In this document: positions 51,946 to 63,825 of the stretch, piece after piece
How the letters are laid out: every line of letters starts with the position of its first letter
Numbering within the stretch: position 1 is the first letter of the stretch
From: Octopus vulgaris
Lineage: Eukaryota
DNA length: 64,000 nt
NCBI GenBank assembly: GCA_951406725.2
Contig: OX597814.1
Location: forward strand, 164,176,001-164,240,000
Direction of reading: 5' to 3'
Made by a program: the position numbers and the translations under genes
Notes under the pieces: generated by a model
What the model was told of the DNA's origin: nothing
The model's database searches: none
What the model saw: the letters and a program-made list of their open reading frames with translations, nothing else

Positions 51946-53247
51946 GAGTTTTGTATGACTCAGACTATGGAAGTTTGACCCAGTTTTGTAGAGACCTAAA
52001 CTACCAAAACTCAGTAAAATCGTGCTATAGCTGCAGTATTATATATTTTGTGTCGCATATTTAAAAAATTCTCGAAAATGTTAACTTTTCGAAAAGTTAC
52101 AATGTTTTCTTTAAATCTCTAAGGTATTTAACCTGTTTTCCTATACTTAACCTCTAAAGAAGATATTTTGCTCGTTATCTTTGCCTCAGTTGGATACGTG
52201 GATATATCATCGAGTGGAGGATGTCTTTGTTGGAACAATTTCCATGCCCTGCGTGGGGTAATGTTAGGATCTTCCCGAAATATTTCCAGCACTGTTGACT
52301 TGAATGGATCATGAATTCCACAGCTAGCATTATACAATATTGATTGTCCCTTTCTTTTCTTTGCCGTCAAGGATGAAATAACAGTTCGAATTTCTGTTTC
52401 CGATGGTAAATCCAAATGTCTAGGATGTTTACATTTAAGTTCCACTAACTTTTTACCTGGACCTCATTTCATAGCTTCGTTTTCATTACTCAAATTAAAC
52501 ATATCAATAATTTCTTGATTAAATGGATCCACATACTTTCAACCATACTTGTACAACATTTCTCGGCAATGCACCTCGTACTTTAATGATATTTTCCGCT
52601 AATTTGCCTTCATCGATGACACCGTCTCCTTCTTTTTTAACAACCTCTTTCATAGGGCCTTCGGCATCATATGGACTAATGATAGAGCATACTTTTTATA
52701 TTATGGTACTGGTTAGTTTCACTAGTCGCTTTTTAGCTGCTTCGTCAAAGTCTTCCATTCGGGTACTTTCACGTTTAGCCTTTCCTGGTAATGATGATAC
52801 TGATTTTAAACCAAATGCTTCATACAATGCCCCCACTGTTGAAACAATTCGCAATGGATCGCTGACTTCTGGTTCAGAATCCTCTTGTTCAGTACACACA
52901 CTACATTTTCTTGTATTCATATTTGTTTTACGTGTGCCGACACCTCCCAAGAGTCGTATTCTCTTTGTGGCACACGTGTTTACATTTTCGTTGCATTTAT
53001 TATCTCCACGACATGTATATCCACATCTGTAACATCCTTGACAACTAATACATCTACCTTTTTTGCAAGTATATGATAATTCTGATATAACTGCCAATTG
53101 GGAGAAGTAAAATCAAAATCTGGACTACCTGTGTGGTTTTTTTGGTATATTAATTTTAACCAATTGCCCCATTTATTATTCAGTTTGCGACAATTCAGTA
53201 TTTCAAAGTTCTACAAAAAGTCAATATTCTGACATGTGAAGCGACTC
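51946..53247 (-). mobile_element. Unclassified TTAA-bounded DNA-transposon-like element with broken Cys-rich ORF
   Basis: TTAA|GAGT...ACTC|TTAA ends; minus-strand ORF pieces 52696-53097 and 52128-52445; CpG retained. Confidence 0.55.
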
Positions 53248-53642
53248 TTAAATTTTGATGTAAAAAAAAAAAAAACAGAAAGAAAAGGCACAGTAAAAAC
53301 ACCCACTGACTCTAGCAGTGGTGACATATGTATTCAGAACCATAAAGTACCAAACTTGGTTACTATTTTTCATGCAGTTTGATTCTCTACAATTTTCTCT
53401 TGTTTGATTAAATAGACACAAAATAGTATAAGACAAAGGAACAAAAGATCAACTTTTGATTAATTAAGACAATGACCTGATTTTGATATTCAACTGATGT
53501 ATTTTGATTTTACTTACACATTTAATATCCTTGAGAAAAGCATGAACATCACATATTTCTCTAAAAATATACAGTTTTTTTTTTTGCATAATCAAGAAAT
53601 TACCATAACAAATATGTAAGAAACAAAAGATTTTCTAATTAC

Positions 53643-53751
53643 CCATGTTTGCCTGTTTCTCCATCTACTTGCACCATAATAACCCTGCCTTCTTTATCAT
53701 GGCCAACAGCATTACGTGCAGATATCACAGATATAAATCTTTGAATATTAC
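53643..53751 (-). CDS. NAGPA: NAGPA exon (GNIQRFISVISARNAVGHDKEGRVIMVQVDGETGKHG)
   Basis: Matches FVNVISARTAIGHDRKGQLVLFHADGQT; attag| and |gtaatt; in phase. Confidence 0.95.
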
Positions 53752-54259
53752 CTAATATATATATAAACACATACAAATAAAATGAAGAGAATTTGACTAA
53801 AACAAAATATAAATATTCAGTTTAAAAGGCAAAGTAAAATTACGTTTTAATTTTGTTTTTAGCTCGATCAATGAAGTACAGATGGTGTATCTGAAAGAGT
53901 GAGGGCATGTCATTGATGAAGTCATGAATGGCAATTAAAAGACTTTGACAAACAACTGATTAATTGTTATGCCAGTATATTAAGCAATTAATCACTCAAT
54001 CAATTAGTTCGCTGGCTAAATAATTAACCAATTGACTATCAATAAAGAAGTGGTATTAAACCAGTGCATGGGTCTATTATTATTAACATAATGACCCTCC
54101 CAAGATGCAAAAGGATTTGTTTTAACACACAATTTCATGTCAAATACCTTGCAAATCAAATCCAAATATGAAGTTAAATTCATACAGATAGAGTAAAAAT
54201 TCAAGAAAGTTTCAGCAGTGGTTCAAACAGCTATTAAAAAATTTACATAAAACTCTTAT

Positions 54260-54960
54260 ACAGGTACACAATCCTTTATCTGGAAAGCCCCCAAAACTGA
54301 ACTTTTTTGTGGAGAGTGGAGCACGTCTTAACAGGGGTTGTTTGGTGTGCAAACAGCTGACCACAGTGACCCAATTCACTCAGGTATGACATAGCAATGC
54401 TTGGCAGGTTGGCTGCCATTTACTGCCAAGTGTCAGTAGTGGCTCAGCACTTGTAGGGAGAAAGCATCCGTTTGCTGTTTGCTGTCTTCATGTTGTTTCT
54501 TGTGACTTTGTATATAATTTATCCTGAAAATGTCAAAAAGGACTGCAGATACCCCAATGGATAATAGTGAGAAAAAGAAAAGGAAACATTTAACATTATC
54601 AATAATGCAGAAAGTGGAATTTCTACAGACACTTAATTGTGGTGTGTCTGTGCAGCAGCTCACTGAAGAATATGATGTTAGAACTAGCACTGTGTATGAC
54701 TTAAAGAAACAGAAAGACAAATTTACTGAAATTTAATAGCAAGAGTGATCACAAACTGATGAAAAAAGGATAACACTACATAGGGCAAAAAATGAAGATC
54801 TTGACCATGATAGAATGCATTTCACAATGAAGAAGGGAATGTATGCCACTGAATGGTTTGTTGGTCATGAAACAAGCTAGAATATATCATAAAGAATTGA
54901 ACATTGAAGGAGAGTGAATATTCAGAAGGTTGGCTGCAGAAATTTAAGAAGCATCATGAA
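54260..54960 (+). mobile_element. Tigger/pogo-family transposon 5' remnant (CENP-B/Jerky-type HTH transposase pseudogene)
   Basis: MSKRTADTPMDNSEKKKRKHLTLSIMQKVEFL..GVSVQQLTEEYDVRTSTVYDLKKQKDK, continuing through frameshifts to LHRAKNEDLD, MPLNGLLVMKQARIYH, EYSEGWLQKFKK. Confidence 0.9.
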
Positions 54961-55461
54961 TAGAGCATTTTATTACAGATGAAATACATTAGAAATATTG
55001 AGAGGAAGAGAAGCAAATACATAAGCAAGGTTTAGGTGGAGGTGATACTCTTGAGTTCTAATGGATGGATGGATAGAGAATCAAAAGGAAGAGTGAATGT
55101 TGGTAGATTAATGATTGGCCCCCATTAATGAGTGAAAACTTTTGGTTAGGCAGATAACCTTCATCTCTATTTATTTTTTTTTCATGTGGGGGTAATTTCA
55201 GCCTCACAATAGACAGCAGTCTGTTGGCTGGATGAAGCAACCATAACTGTCTTTTTTCTCTTTATATGGTGACTTAATTTATCTTTATGAGCACACATTC
55301 ATTGTCAGTTGTTATATGTAGATACTATTGATAAGGACTATAATGTTAGACTATTATAAAATTTGGTTTAAAATAGAATTATTTATTGAAAAATTCACAC
55401 CCATTTCAACAAGACAGCAGTAGCATCAACAAGATTTGTGGTTTGAAGTTCCAGAACTTAC

Positions 55462-55595
55462 CACTTTCTTGTGCTTCAGAACATTCTAGCTTTGCACTTT
55501 CATCAACATACACATCTCCATCTCTAATAAGCCAGATAACACCACCAACAAGTTGAATAAAGTCTTTGGCAACAATATCTATTTCAGATAAATAC
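55462..55595 (-). CDS. NAGPA: NAGPA exon (YLSEIDIVAKDFIQLVGGVIWLIRDGDVYVDESAKLECSEAQES)
   Basis: Matches YLSEEEV..FVQLLSGVVWLIRNGSIYINESQATECDETQETG; ttcttcag| and |gtaag. Confidence 0.95.
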
Positions 55596-56822
55596 CTGAA
55601 GAAGTAAAGCATATTAAGAAAATTAAGAAACAGACATTTATAAGCAGTGAATATCTTTTGAAATACACTGTCAAATGCAGTAGAATCAGTGTCAAAAATG
55701 ACTTTAATGAGAACATATTTTTAAAAGGTAGAGTTAAGAATAACTAAATCAATCAGTAAATGGATGCACTGCTAATCTGCTAACACACATGATACTGAGT
55801 TCAATCCCTGTAGCTGTGCCTTTATTTTTTATTTTAAAATCAAGTGGTTAGTTATAAAATTTAGTATTTCCCTACAGCTTGCTTGAATGCTCATTTTACT
55901 TGCTGCTAGACTTGTCCATACATCTATCTATTCATCCAAACTTTTAAAGTCTATTGCTTTCACCATTTGGTTTTAAATACTAAACTCACTCCCTGATCTT
56001 ACTGGAGTTCTTTGCTTTGGTTGTTTCCTTAAGGAATTAAACATCTTTCAGTGTTATAAAATTTTAACCACAGTCCTAATACCAATACATAATATTCTAA
56101 CATCCTACAATCGCAACCAGTGTACCTCATATTGTAACCAAATGCCCTCAACCTACAGTCATAATTCATACATCACAGTAGACTAAGATGCTAACTTAAC
56201 AGCTGTAGTACCTCATAGAAAAGTGGCTGCTCCTCATACATGATATTGCAAGCCAAGACATCTTAATTTTATTAAAGTTACACCTCCAGTTACAAAAACA
56301 ATCACTATCTAAATGATTCTGATAAAAAAAGGCAGACAAACTCAAAATTTTAATTAATTAGAAAATTGGAATACAGTGAGAATGAATTTGATTTTTACCA
56401 GTATGGCAACAAACTCCAGACATATTTCTGGTTTTATTAGACTTTATCAGTAAAATATTGTTTTAACTGCAACTGCATGTCTAATATGACTAGAGAAGTT
56501 TAAAAAAATTTTTGAGATTTAACACAGAATGGATATTTCCCCCAGACACTTTTTAAAGATATTACACCATTCTGAGTCCATTCCCCCAAATTTTATATAC
56601 TCTTTAGGCATGTAAGCTTTGCAGTAAGTTAAACTATGTTTTGCTGAGGTGGTTCAATAAAACTGAAATATGTCTAAAGTTGTCATTATACTGCTAAAGA
56701 CTAGACTTGCCCCATACTGCACTCTACATCATACAATAGGGTAGAATGGTAACTATGAAGCCATAGCTCATAGTTACCACATTCACTAGTTAGCTCTCTA
56801 ACATTACAGATATTTTTCTTAC

Positions 56823-56916
56823 CCAAAATATAACATTCCATCTTTTGTAATACCAAAGTGAACATTCTGAATACCTTCTGAATCTTTAACAAGATGAGCA
56901 TTACTCACAACATTAC
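56823..56916 (-). CDS. NAGPA: NAGPA exon (GNVVSNAHLVKDSEGIQNVHFGITKDGMLYFG)
   Basis: Matches GNVVSD...GLQNAQFGIRRDGTLVTG; ttgcag| and |gtaag; phases consistent. Confidence 0.93.
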
Positions 56917-59041
56917 CTGCAAATATAAAATATAAAATGATTAAATATATGCTTTGATGCTTTACGTATTAGATATATGCATGCGTTTGGGCAGTTATAC
57001 AAAACAAACAAGGAAAGACATAAAAATGTGAGAGCCAGCGAGACTTGAAATTATGTATCTTTTCTTGGTGTCTTAGCATAATTATTCCTTTATTTTAAGC
57101 CTGCTAAAAATTTTTTTAAATACACATTTTCCCAAAAGAAGACAGCTATTATGAAAGAGATAATCATTTCTTTATATTTGAAATTAAGGAATTATGAAGA
57201 AAAAAAGATAACTTTTTTTCTATTTACTTATTATGTTCTTACAGTTTCTAATTAGTGATAATCATGTAAAGCACTATTTCATTCTTTTTAGAAACTGTCA
57301 GCACGATATAACCTGTGAATTGTTAATTAAACATTTTATGAAGAGAGACATTTCATTAAAGATGAAAATAATAGCAATCTGGAGGAATTTCATAATTTTT
57401 TTCAAAATTTTTTTTCTTTTATAGATTATTTATAGTTAAAGAATTGAGACAAAAGAGAGAATATTTTTAGTGCTTATATACAGAATAGCTGTTTCAAGGG
57501 GAATTCTACAGAAGCCAATAATTTCAGTTTAACTTACAACAACTCTATGAATTATTTTCCAATATATTCTTTGCAGTGTGTACAACCATTTCAAGTTGTT
57601 ATTTCTTAATAGAAATCCATCATGTATGAAGTCAAATGGGCACATATACATAAATACATGGACCTAGACCTTTGTGAACAATTTAAAACGGATTCTTGTG
57701 AAATCACAGGAAAAATTTTTATTTTTTATTAATTACATTAAAGCTCTTGTATTCACATTTACATTAAATTAAAAGTTCTTATGACAGTGTCTCGGCTGTT
57801 ATATGGAACAATCAAAAATAAAATCTGGTAAAATAAGTCGAAACAGGATTTTCTCTAATCAATTTCAGAGCTACACATAATAAATATCAAAGTATTAATG
57901 TCATAAACTTATGGTTTTTACATCTACTTTTTCAACGCTATTATGGGTTTGATGAGATTTTTGGAGGCAGTATGTAGACATGAACTCTTTCTTACTTGTT
58001 TTCAAGTAAGCTACTTTATGTTTTCAGATGTTTAACTGCAGTTAGATGATTTTGTTTACAAGTGGCATAAACAATGCCTTCATTGACAAAATGGTGTCAA
58101 TGTGAAAAAATATGGAGACACTCACACACACATCTATATATACTGTGTGTGTGTGTGTGCATGTATATCTCATCATCATCATAATTTTAATGTCCACTTT
58201 TCCATGTATACGAGGGTCGGGATGGAATTTATTGTGGCAGATTTTTCTATGGTTAGATACCCTTCCTGTCACCAACCTTCACCTTTATTCAAGTAAGGTA
58301 ATATCCCTTCATGGCCAGACATGTTTTCAGGGAAGATTGGAAACAAAGGACACTGTTTGTATGATGCAATGTCAAAACAAGGAAATGCTAACATATACAC
58401 ATATGCACAAACATAAATATACTTGATAGGATTTTTACAGTTTCCACCTATCAAACTCACTCACAAGGCTTTGGTTGGCCTGAGACCTATAGTGCCACTT
58501 ACACACACACAGACACAGAACAGTCTTCCTTACAGTTTCACTCACAGCACTGGTTACCCCGATGATATAGAAAGTACTTGTCTAAGGTGTGTCACACAAG
58601 GAACAAACCTAAGATCATATAATTGCAAAGTTAATTTCTAAATCACATGCTCAAGCCTGCACCTTAGGCATAATCTTTTATCTTTTACTTGTTTCAGTCA
58701 TTAGACGGCAACCATGCTGGAGCAATACCTTGTGATGCTGGGGTACAGGTACCCAGCAAAAGAAACACATCAAGTTCTCACATTGTTATTTCCTTTTGTC
58801 ACTTTGTATATCTGTTCAAATGCCCACCCAACCATCTTAAAAAAATAAAATTACATTTACAGTTCAGTAATGATTTACTTGTTACTTGTAGCTGAGAAGT
58901 CACTAGACCAAAAAGGTAATGGAATGCTGTTTGTAGGAAAGTCAAATGTACTTTATATGCAACATGAATGGAAAATAGATGTTGGATAAAAGTGTGGCAT
59001 TAGCTGATGGTTGCAGAGAATGAAATTTTGACATAACTATG

Positions 59042-59084
59042 AACACTAGATGCTATGTTAATGACTAACATAGCATCTAGTGTT
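59042..59084. repeat. Perfect 19-bp stem hairpin, 5-nt loop
   Basis: aacactagatgctatgtta-atgac-taacatagcatctagtgtt. Confidence 0.93.
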
Positions 59085-59162
59085 GACTGGAAAGCAAAAT
59101 CTTTCATCAAGATAATTATATATTTATGTACTTATGTACTTGTTATTTATGAGATTAAGTTA

Positions 59163-59655
59163 CAGTGATCCCTCGTTTATCGCAGTAGATTGGTTCTGAG
59201 ACCGACCGCGATAACTGAATTTCCGCGAAGCAGGGACACCATATTTACAGTATTTATTTAACGTGTATTTGGACTTTTAAAACCCTCCCTGTACTGTTAA
59301 CAACCCACCCATTACATAGTCTATTAATAATGAGGACAACTGTTAAGCAATAACACTTTAGATTAAAAAAAATAAAGATTGTTACTGTTACACAGGCCAG
59401 ATTACAAAATAGAAAGCTGAGATTTGTCGTCTCTCTCCATTGCACTAATCACAGCCTGTCTTAAGTTCAAATGCCCCCGTATATGCTTTTTTGCTATTTT
59501 ATGCATATTTTTGTTGTTCTTAGACTAGGAAATAATATTGTTAATATTTTAATGGATTTAATGAAAAATTTTAGGCGTTCATATATATATATTTTTAAAA
59601 TCCGCGATGTCGTGAATCAGCGATAGTTGAACCGCGAAGTAGCGAGGGATCACTG
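59163..59655. mobile_element. Tc1/mariner-pogo-type MITE
   Basis: TA|cagtgatccctcg ... cgagggatcactg|TA, perfect 13-bp TIR, TA duplication, subterminal ccgcga motifs. Confidence 0.9.
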
Positions 59656-59876
59656 TACATTTCAATTTGTCATGTGGGAGATGACAAATCTAAGAGCTTT
59701 TCGTATTATAGACAATATCACTCTGACAGCTAAAAAATAAAGATAAGAGTTAAAATAACATGAAGAGCTATTTTCAATTGAAAAAAAAAAATACATTTTA
59801 GAAATGTGAAACAATAAAATACTAAACTGTTTACCCGAGAAAAAAAAATTACAACAACAAAAACATCCTGTATTAC

Positions 59877-60295
59877 CTACACATTCCCCTGTATGTGTGT
59901 TGAAGAAACCTGCATTGGTCGCAGCTAAACAGTTCATACGTTTAGCACTTTCTAACACTGTTGCTCTTACTGAAGAATTTTTGTTATTGCAGCTGTTAGC
60001 TTCCAGAGGTTCTAAAACACTGAGTGTCTGCCAGGGATAGTTAATGAGCTGGTAGTAAATTGTGATATGACGTTCGCTGAACATATCACCATACTTTTTA
60101 ATCATGTACTTTGATATAACCAAAGGTGGTGGAATGTCTGTCGGATCACTACCATTACTCTTGTAAGCAGCATGTATGGAAGAAGTCATGTCTCCATATT
60201 TGGCTTGTTGGCAACTGCGAACATACCTGTTGCTATGTCGTGGTCCGTGATGGCCGTGGTATGGCAAAAGTAAGTCCATGCCATTGACATCCAAT
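59877..60295 (-). CDS. NAGPA: N-acetylglucosamine-1-phosphodiester alpha-N-acetylglucosaminidase (uncovering enzyme), first exon seen in window
   Basis: DLLLPY...LSVLEP...RATVLESAK..NCLAATNAGFFNTHTGECVG matches NAGPA DLLLPY/FSVLEP/RATVEETA/QNGGFF..GECLG. Acceptor ccctgtag|, donor G|gtaata. Confidence 0.95.
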
Positions 60296-60491
60296 CTACA
60301 GGGAAATAAATCATACAAATAAAAATTGATTTCTAATACTGACACAATACCACACATTTATAAGTAGCATATAGTGTATTATTGTACTTAATATATTGAT
60401 TACAGAGAAATGAAGTGCAAAACCAAGAATTAAATAAAAAAGGAAAAGATAGAAATTTTCTGATTTGTTTGAATTAAAATACTTATGTTTT

Positions 60492-60856
60492 ACTTACTCT
60501 TTTACTTGTTTCAGTCATTTGACTGCAGCCATGCTGAAGCACTGCCTTTAGTCAAGCAACTTGACCCCAGGACTTATTCATTGTAAGCCCAGTACTTATA
60601 CTATCGGACTCCTTTTACCGAACCGCTAAGTTATGGGGAACGGGGACGTAAACACACCAGCATCAGTTGTCAAGCGATGTTGGGGGGACAAACACACACA
60701 CACACACATATATATATATACATATATATACGATGGGCTTCTTTCAGTTTCCATCTACCAAATCCACTCACAAGGCTTTGGTCGGCCTGAGGCTATAGTA
60801 GAAGGCACTCGCCCAAGGTGCCATGCAGTGAGAATGAACCCGGAACCATGTGGTTC
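60492..60856 (-). mobile_element. SINE family A
   Basis: Reverse complement of 41775-42172. Confidence 0.85.
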
Positions 60857-61358
60857 ATATTCTTAACCCTCTTGGTACCAGCCCATGTAAAATTACCCCT
60901 GGTTCTACGATCCAAATTTCTGGTTTTAAAGTGACTTAAGTCAAAATCTTCCAGCAAAGGTTCATGTTATGTTCCAAATACTAGATTAATTATGGTTTAA
61001 ATGTTGACACAGGGCCAGCAATTTCGGGAGAGAGAGTAAGTTGATTACATCAACCCCAATGCTCAGTTGGTACTTACTTTATCAACCTTGAAAGAATGAA
61101 AGACAAAATTGACCTAGACAGCAATGGAAACAATATTTACATATTGAAAGCACATAGTTGGGAAGCAAACTTCTTAACCATACAACCGAACGCAAGGTAT
61201 ATCTGTCCTCTTGTGTAGGAAGATGGGCCTTAATGAAAATAGAATTACAACAGAGTAACAATAGGATGAGAAAAATAATTATAAGGAAGCAAAAGAAACA
61301 CAACATTATCAAGAGAATATATAAAAAAGTGGCAGACGCCATTAGAAAAACTTATATC

Positions 61359-61490
61359 TATTTGCAAAGGAGCCTTCTCTTTCATTGCTACCTGGTGGTT
61401 ACCGCCCGTTGATGAGGGACAACAATCCCGAAACTAGTTCGAGCGTATCACTCAGGCTTGCGAGGAAGGGATGGCCTCCCTTTGCAAATA
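61359..61490 (+). ncRNA. Minimal type-I hammerhead-ribozyme-like motif in a long stem (Penelope-like/retrozyme type)
   Basis: uUGAUGA (61409-15), stem II GGGA/UCCC, GAAAC (61430-34), palindromic stem III AACUAGUU, GUU triplet. Stem I CGCCCG/CGAGCG extends imperfectly to TATTTGCAAAGG/CCTTTGCAAATA. Confidence 0.7.
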
Positions 61491-61644
61491 CTCCAAGGAC
61501 ACAGATATTGTGTCTAAAGCCAGCTAGAGACGAAGATCTCTTGGGGCTATAAAGCTACAGTAACACCCCCTCCCCAATGTGGTTAGCCATGATAAGATGG
61601 CTTCTATACTTTACAAAACAAAAACTGTTATCTATATATATAAA

Positions 61645-61945
61645 GTGGAGACACATGGCCTAGTGGTTAGAGCAGTGGATTTGCAGCTGAGGGATCACAG
61701 GTTCAAATCTCAGACCAGACGATGTGTGTATTTATGAGCGATTACCTAAGCTCTGGCAGAAGGTGATGGTGAACTTCTGCTGACCCTTTTGCCACAACTT
61801 GCCCTCACTCTTTACTCCTGCATCTAGCAGCTCAACTGCAATGGACTGGTGTCCCATCCAGGTGAGGAACTTGTATGCCAATGAAACCAGGAAACTGGCC
61901 CTTATGAGGCAAGCAAGGTGCGAGAAGGAACAATCAACAACAACA
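61645..61945 (+). mobile_element. SINE family D-type
   Basis: tggcctagtggttagagc (A box), ggttcaaatc (B box), (AAC)n-like tail. Confidence 0.7.
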
Positions 61946-63132
61946 TGTATATAAAAGCAAAATATAAACTAGAACCTTATTACACTCCAGTGAAAGATTT
62001 AGATAGGGACAAAACAGAAAAGGTTAAAAATACAGGAATTTCAAACCATCATCATTTACTGTCCATGTTTCACACAGCCATGTGTTGAATGATTTGACAG
62101 GACCAAACAAGCCCAAATGCTGCATTGTGCTCCAGTGTCTGCTTAGAATGGTTTCTACAGCTAGATGCCCTTCTTAATGCCAACCACTTTACATTGTGTA
62201 CTGTGCTGATTTTTTTTCTGTAGCACCAGCATTAGTGAGATTCCCATACAGCTTGCAAGACTAAGAACTCTGGAGTAGTCAGCTTTATGCAAGGAGATAA
62301 GGGGTCAAAGCATGAGAGAAGAGACCAGAGCAGAAAGGGTTTATTGCTGTGGAGGAGCTACATCATTAGTCACATTTTAGAAGAGAGGGTGGAATTGATC
62401 AGGGTGGAACTGGAAAGGAAAAAAATGAGTGGTAATGAGATGTCAGGATAAACCCTCAAAGTATGAGGTGAGTAGAAATGAGTGGGGACAGAAGTGTGGG
62501 TGGCGAGTGCACAGGTTATATGTTGGCTGAATGATAATTAGGGAGGTAGGTGACAACTGAAGTTGGTACCACAAAGCTTTTGTTCTAATGATTTACTACC
62601 TTAGTTATATGCATTCAGTATTTATTATTGGTTAGAAACCATGTTTGTCTATAAACATATGTGCTGCTGTAAAATTAAAATGACAATGGTAATCAATAAT
62701 AAAGCAGAACAGATGTTTATTAGCTTATATTTTCAAACAACTGCTTTCAGTAGAGAGTCATCTGAGAAAATCTATAGCTAAATGTAGCCTAACAACAAAG
62801 CATTACCTATTTTTTATATTGTTATTCTTTTGTGTGAAACATCAATGGTCAAAATTCTCAGGTAATGATGATATTTTGTGAACCTAATTTGGAATGCAGT
62901 GTTGCATTTAAAATGATATGTTAAGCATAGGGGTCAGTGAAATGGCATTTCATTTTCTGATTTGTGTTGTGTGAATTGAAAAAAAAAAATCAATGACTGT
63001 CATATCAACAAAAATTTATATGCATAAAAGATACAGAAATAAATTTTTTTTATTCTCAAACACGTGATAATAATGCTAATAAAATAGTGTGATCAGGATA
63101 AATTATCTATGCATTGCAGAAAAATACGTTAC

Positions 63133-63205
63133 TGGCCAGCCATGAGACTCAAACTCACATCCCTGTGATAACGCGTCAAGTGCTTTACCATTAAGCTAAA
63201 CTGCC
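63133..63205 (-). pseudogene. Degenerate tRNA-like sequence inside a repeat
   Basis: Minus strand GGGCAGTTTAGCTTAATGGTAAAGCA...GTGAGTTTGAGTCTCAT..CTGGCCA; D- and T-arm like, anticodon arm disrupted. Confidence 0.4.
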
Positions 63206-63424
63206 CAGTAATGAATTCTTCTGCAATTTTAGAACTTATAAATTTAGCTTCATAAGACGCTAACGTTAAATTCAACTTATGATAAAAGTAAACAAAGTTT
63301 GTTTTAGAAGTGTTGAGATGTATTAAAAGATACAGAAATAAAAAAAAATTATTTCTGTATTTCTTCTAAAACAAATTTTGTTTGTTTCCGTTCATCGTAA
63401 GTTTTATATGCATAAATTTTTGTT

Positions 63425-63825
63425 GAGAGTGCCAAAACTTTCCCAGGTGAAGAGAGCACCCCACAATATAGGTTAGTTGTTAACAACTTCAGGATCAGGG
63501 CTATATGGAATCACCGCTGAGATGCTTGAAATATCTGGTGGAGTAGAATATAGCCTAGTCACCCATATAGTTAATGAGGAAGTCATACCCAACAATTGAT
63601 GTAGCAGCATTATAGTCAATTGCTAAAAAGGCAAAGGTGATGCCTTAGACAGAGATAATTACAGATGTATCAAACTATTTGGATCAGGTGATGAAAGTTA
63701 CAGAGAAGGTCATAACCCAACTAGTTAGGAAGAAAGTTAGTGTAGATGGGATGCAGTTCAGATTTGTGCCAGACAGGAGCACAACTGATGCTATACTCCA
63801 GGTTAGGCAACTGCAGGAGAAATAG
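63425..63825 (+). mobile_element. Degenerate RTE LINE RT fragment
   Basis: KGKGDALDRDNYRCIKL, VDGMQFRFVPDRSTTDAILQVRQLQEK. Confidence 0.8.

Noticed and set aside
59662-60357. 231-aa ORF as a stand-alone gene with its own start
   Set aside because: Only 59877-60295 is exon; the flanks are intron read-through beyond clear splice sites.
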